Shown in pieces: positions 59,290 through 64,000 of a stretch of DNA of 64,000 nucleotides (positions within the stretch are counted from its first letter, which is position 1; each line of letters starts with the position of its first letter). The notes under the pieces are model-generated. The model saw only the letters and a list, made by a program, of their open reading frames with translations. It did no database searches and was not told the origin of the DNA. Position numbers and translations under genes: made by a program. This DNA is from Psammoneis japonica (Eukaryota), in NCBI GenBank assembly GCA_008632985.1, contig QPGO01000200.1, forward strand, positions 62,001 to 126,000. The letters run 5' to 3'.

Positions 59290-61500
59290 TGTGTTCCAAT
59301 GCACTCTTGCAACAATGACTCAGGTTGTCAACTGGGGCACTCTTGTTGCCCATCATGCTCATGATCTGATTTAGAGTCTCAAAATGATTGGCTGCAACCC
59401 TTGGCTGCAATGGCTTGGTAAAGCAGTCAGCAAGCATGGCATTGGTTGGGCAATGCCCAGCTGCCAAATTGCCCTTCAGAACATGGTTGGCCACAAAAAA
59501 TGTGGTGACTTGCTTGGTCCTCTTGCTGCTCAACCATTCTTTGCCAACAAAATGGAGCTCTCATTGTCCTGGCATGTTCTCCTTGATCTTGAATCCTTGT
59601 GCTTCCACAAAGTTTCTGGTGGTCCAGTTTGCTGTGCACGACCCTGACAGGCTCACTTTCAGCAGAGCTGTGCATGTTGCAACTTCTGCTTGGGCAAAGT
59701 GCTGCTGATGGCACCCCCCTCCAGCATTGCTGCGAGTGTCCAGTGTGACCTCTCATGTTGGGCTGTGCTGCACATGCTGAGGCATCAATCTGCTGTCCAA
59801 CAATCAATTTTGTTCAGGAACAAGATGCCTGGTGAGATGACACAAATCCTCTGCCTCAAATGCCTGATGATTTTGTGGAAAATCTGTTCATGTGGAGTGT
59901 GAGTGGCAGACCCTTTGTAAACTGTGGAAGGTGCTTTCTGACTCCCACGCAAGTTTCTTCCGGCTGTCAGACCCAGAGTCACAGATCTGGGTGAATGAGA
60001 ACAAGAATCTTTTTGCAGTCTGCAGGTTGGGCCTGGTCCTCTGTGACAGGAATGTCATCTTTGCCACAGTCAAGTGGAAAGTTGCCTGGTTGTCATGTTG
60101 CCCAGTGTTCCCAGGCTTTCCTCCTTGCTCATGCCAAACAAACAATTTGCTGCAGGAGCAGGGCTCTCCCTGGACTCTCCCCATCCATTCCTTCCAGCAG
60201 TGAGCCAAGGAGTTTGTTTGTGCATTGGAACATGCTCACTTTGACCCTCCCCTTTGCACTGCAGTTGATGGGCTGGTCAGGCCAAAATGTTCTTGGATGC
60301 CTTCTCAGGCAGTGGCAAGCCCAAAGTGTTTTGCGCATCCCAGCTTGAGGTCTCCAATCAGCTTGATGACTGCATTGTCAGGATCCATCATGCACAATGG
60401 CCTTGGGTCATCCACATGCCACAGGATGAGCATTGTTTCCCACTGTTGATTTTGTTTGCCACACACGTGGCCCTGGCTTTTTCTTCTTTCATGCTGACAA
60501 TGCTCCTGTCACCATGCTGCGCAGTGCTTTCTGGAGCTTTGCATGTGGCACCTCTTTTCTGTTCTCACAGACCACACATCTTGTTCCGGCACAGGCTGCA
60601 TGCCTGGTGCACTCATCACATTTCTTGTCAATGTCCTTTTTGATGTCAGCATTGCCAGCTTGGCTCTTGTTGTCTGGCTTGTCATTGTGGGGGACATGTT
60701 GGCACAGGCTGTCACCTGATCCCTGGTGTCATCCTTGATTTGGTCCTGTGCATCTGCTGCATCCTGCTTTGTTCCTGTGCTTGTGGCTGCATTGTGCCCC
60801 ACTCCCACTGTTCTTGCCAGTGGGGTTCTTGGTCCACTCCTGTGGTTTGAGAGTCATTGTTGGCTGTGCCGGTGTCAATTGCTCTCACATTGAGGCCATC
60901 TTGGGAGGTGTCATCCATGTTCATGTCCAGGGGGGTCTTGTCATCCAAGTGAAGGTGTTCAGCGGGAGTGTTTTGGGTTTCTGCTTGCTCAATGTCTGAG
61001 CAAGTTGCAAGCAAAAATGCCATCACCACAGTGCCAGAGTCTGCAACAGGAGGTCATGGTGGTCACTGTCATCATTGTCAAGAGGTTTTGGAGCTCACAT
61101 CCTCCTCCCAATTGTTTTGAGACTTTGCACCCTTGTTGATTGACCCCCACTCTGATCCTAGAAGCTGTTCCCTTTTGGCACCTTTTTGTGCCTGCAATGT
61201 GGTGCACCTGGTCAGTTGTGACATCAGACAATGGGTGGTGGTGCTGTCCAAGCATCATCCTGTTGCAAAGCTTGCAAAGCCACAGAGTGATGGCACCAAT
61301 CACCAACGGCACTGCTGGCTACACTTTTGTCATGGTCCTTGTGTGTCTGTGTGCCTTGCCCCAATTTCATCATGGACAGTGCTTGTTGCAGTCAACCTCA
61401 GACCAGTTGCAACCACTGATGGACTGTGCTGACTGGAGATGCCTTCCTTTGCCACAAACCAGTTCAGCCAGAACATGGCTCTCTGCACTTTTTTGATGAC
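59290..61500 (-). mobile_element. Decayed Ty1/Copia (diatom CoDi-like) pol: post-integrase linker, RT and RNase H
   Basis: VIGAITL..DVTTDQVHHIA; FHLTVAKMTFLSQRTRPNLQTA; IDASACAAQPNMRGHTG; SSKRTKQV..FFV..HCPTNAMLADCFTKPLQ (Copia consensus YCPTxxMxADYFTKPLQG). Confidence 0.9.
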
Positions 61501-61569
61501 CAGCTGGTGTGAGAAATTGTCTCTTGCCAAAAAATGAGCACCTTGACCTTTGCTGTGTTTGACAGAACC

Positions 61570-63060
61570 ACGGCAATGTTTTGGGCAAAGTGCCTTGTGG
61601 TTTTGGCCAGCGGCAGTCTTGACAAACAGCAACATGACTTTTCAGTGCTTTCCAACACAAACTGTGATTGGTGTTGATGCTGTTTGTTGGAATGTCAGGA
61701 CAGCATTGACAAAAAGCTGGTGGCAGGCCTTGTGGAGAACAACAGGTTGAGAAAGGTGGCAGCTTGCTGAGCAGTGCAACAAATCATTTGATCTCAGCAG
61801 CAATGTGTTGTTGATTCTTGATGCCAGCCAGGTGAAAGAAGCAAGTGCCCCCCCCCTCCCCTCAGCGGCTGCACCTCCCAGTGACAGCAGTGGATGGTCC
61901 ACCCATTTTGCAAGGTTTTTCTCTGGTTGCTGGTGGTTGGGTGCCAAGTGCCAAAAAACAAGAGGTGGCCTCTTGTGATCCCCTTTGGCACCTGTGCAGA
62001 CCAGCTGTTCTTTTGTCCCTTTTTGCACCTTGATAAAGTGCTCTTTTGCAGACCAGCACTGTCAAGGTCTTTGCTGCTGCTTTTGGCTGAGGCATTTTGT
62101 CAAGAGCAAAGGTTGTGCTGTGGGGGCTGGGCAAGCAGCACTGAGACAAAAACATCTGCTGTCGTGCCTCATCTGCTGCCAGGGAGGCACTGCACTCTGT
62201 GCCACAGCTGCTGCCAGGCCACCAGGCAGCTCCTTGGGCCACCCAGCACACTTGTTGTTGAGCCATTTTGTTGACCACAGGTGCTGGCACTGCCAAGAGT
62301 GGCAACCACCAGCAAGTGAAATCTCAAAGACCCAGGTGCAGATGGAGCTGCAAAGGTTTCAAGAAAAGCAGCACCATGGCACAATGCACAGCAAATGCAT
62401 CAAAGCACTCTTTTCTCATGGTGTTGCCTCCACCCAGCCACAGAACTTCTTGTTGTGACTTGTTGGGCTGTGCTGTGTGGCAAAGTAGAAGCATTGCCAG
62501 GCAGAAAACAAATGATGGGGGCTTGCTCTGCTTCTTGAGCATGGGTGGAAAATTGGATGACAAAAAAACAGCCAGCCCAGGAGTGAGGCATGCACCATTT
62601 TGCCCAGCCAGACTGCTGCACAGTCAACAATGCTGCCTGTGTGGCTGCTCACCACAAAACCTGTCCAGATGCAATGCATCTGTGGCACAGAGGGCCTCAT
62701 GCTTGGATGCTGGTTGGAAACGATGTTGACTGTGCAATGCATGTCCAAATGTGGCAAACAAAGATTGTTTGCTCATCCTGTTGGAGCAACTCCTCTGCTT
62801 CTGGGGCTTGGATTTGTAAAATCACAAGTGTCCCATAAAAAGATGCAGAACACATTGCAATGCATGGGTGTCAGGGTCAACAATGATTGCCCCAAAATGA
62901 GCCAGCCTCCTTTGTTGGTTCTTTGCTCTTTCCCTTTGCCCATCTTGTCTTTCTTCCTGGCATCTGGAACACTTTTGTTCTCGTTGTTCTTTTTTTTCTT
63001 GGTGGGCACAACTCCATGGGGGGCACACCATCTTCAGCACTGTTTCCTCCTGAGTCTGCA
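61570..63060. repeat. Copy B of the ~1.5-kb repeat (more diverged)
   Basis: Colinear with copy A, with indels. Confidence 0.9.
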
Positions 63061-64000
63061 GCAACATGACTTTTCAGTGCTTTCCAACACAAGACTGTGA
63101 TTGTGTTGTGATGCTGTTTGTTGGAATGTCAGGACAGCATTGACAAAAAGCTGGTGGCAGGCCTTTTGTGGGCAACAGGTTGAGAAAGGTGGCAGCTTGC
63201 CAAGCAGTGCAACAAATCATTTGATCTCAGCAGCAATGTGTTGTTGATTCTTGATGCCAGCCAGGTGAAAAAAGCAAATGCTCCCCCCAGCAGCTGCACC
63301 TCCCAGTGGCAGCAGCAAGCGGCCTGCCTCTTTTTCGGGGTTTTTCTCTGGTTGCTGGTGGTTGGGTGCCAAGTGCCAAAAAACAAGAGGCAGCCTCTTG
63401 TGCTCCCCTTGGTGCCTGTGCAGACCAAGCTGTTCTTTCATCCTGTTTTTGCACCTTGATGAAGTGCTTCTTTTGTGCAAACCAGCAATGTGTCAAGGTC
63501 TTTGCTGCTGCTGCTGCTGCTTTTGGCTGAGGCATTTTGCCAAGAGAGCAAAGGCTGTGCTGTGTGGGGCTGGCAAGCAGCACTGAGACAAAAAATCTCT
63601 GCTGCACCTCATCTGCTGCCAGGGAGGCACAGCACTCTGTGCCACAGCTGCTGCCAGGTGGCAGCTCTTGATGCTTGACAAAAGAGGGAGCCAGCCCCAC
63701 ACACACACACAAACATGATGCTCCTTGGGCCACCCGTGCAAGTGTGGCAACCACTGGTGTTTGTGACATCTCAAAGACCCAGGTGCAGATGGAGTTGCAA
63801 AGGTTTCACAAAAGCAGCATCATTCATGGCAAAGCACACAGCAAATGCATCAAAGCACTTTTTTCTCATGGTGTTGCCCCACACTGGAGAGCTTTTTGTT
63901 CTGCCTTGTTTGGCTGTGCTGTGTGGCAAAGAAGAAGCATTGCTGAGCAGAAATCCAAAAAGCAAAAAACAAAAGGTGGGGGCTCACTTTGCTTCTTGAG
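63060..64000. repeat. Copy C of the repeat, in tandem after B and truncated by the window end
   Basis: Nearly identical to copy A (ORF 63129..63428 vs 57783..58082). Confidence 0.9.

Overview
Eukaryotic nuclear DNA, most likely from a diatom (short GT-AG introns, bipartite plastid-targeting-like N-termini, diatom-type Copia and kinase motifs). Compact islands of ordinary genes (about 1-6.5, 14.8-29.7, 32.7-44.9 and 54.3-57.3 kb) include cohesin SCC3/STAG, TFIIE-alpha, SPT4, CIA2/FAM96, an RsmJ-like methyltransferase, SMYD, a SLAC1/TehA channel, RCC1, rhomboid, PAS and sterol-desaturase-like genes. They alternate with four blocks of decayed transposon or pseudogene DNA (about 6.7-14.2, 30.2-32.4, 45.5-54.1 and 57.4-64 kb). 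The most striking signal is that these blocks have lost almost all TpA as well as CpG, both apparently converted to TpG/CpA. Conserved Tyr residues of the retroelement proteins read as Cys or His, which suggests a repeat-targeted TA>TG/CA mutation process opposite in direction to fungal RIP. Intergenic spacers and block borders show the reverse composition: CTAG/CTAC-rich tracts and over-represented palindromes (TACCGGTA x9, TAGGGCCCTA x4). Several conserved genes carry single-base-deletion frameshifts that are probably assembly errors. All counts were made by eye.
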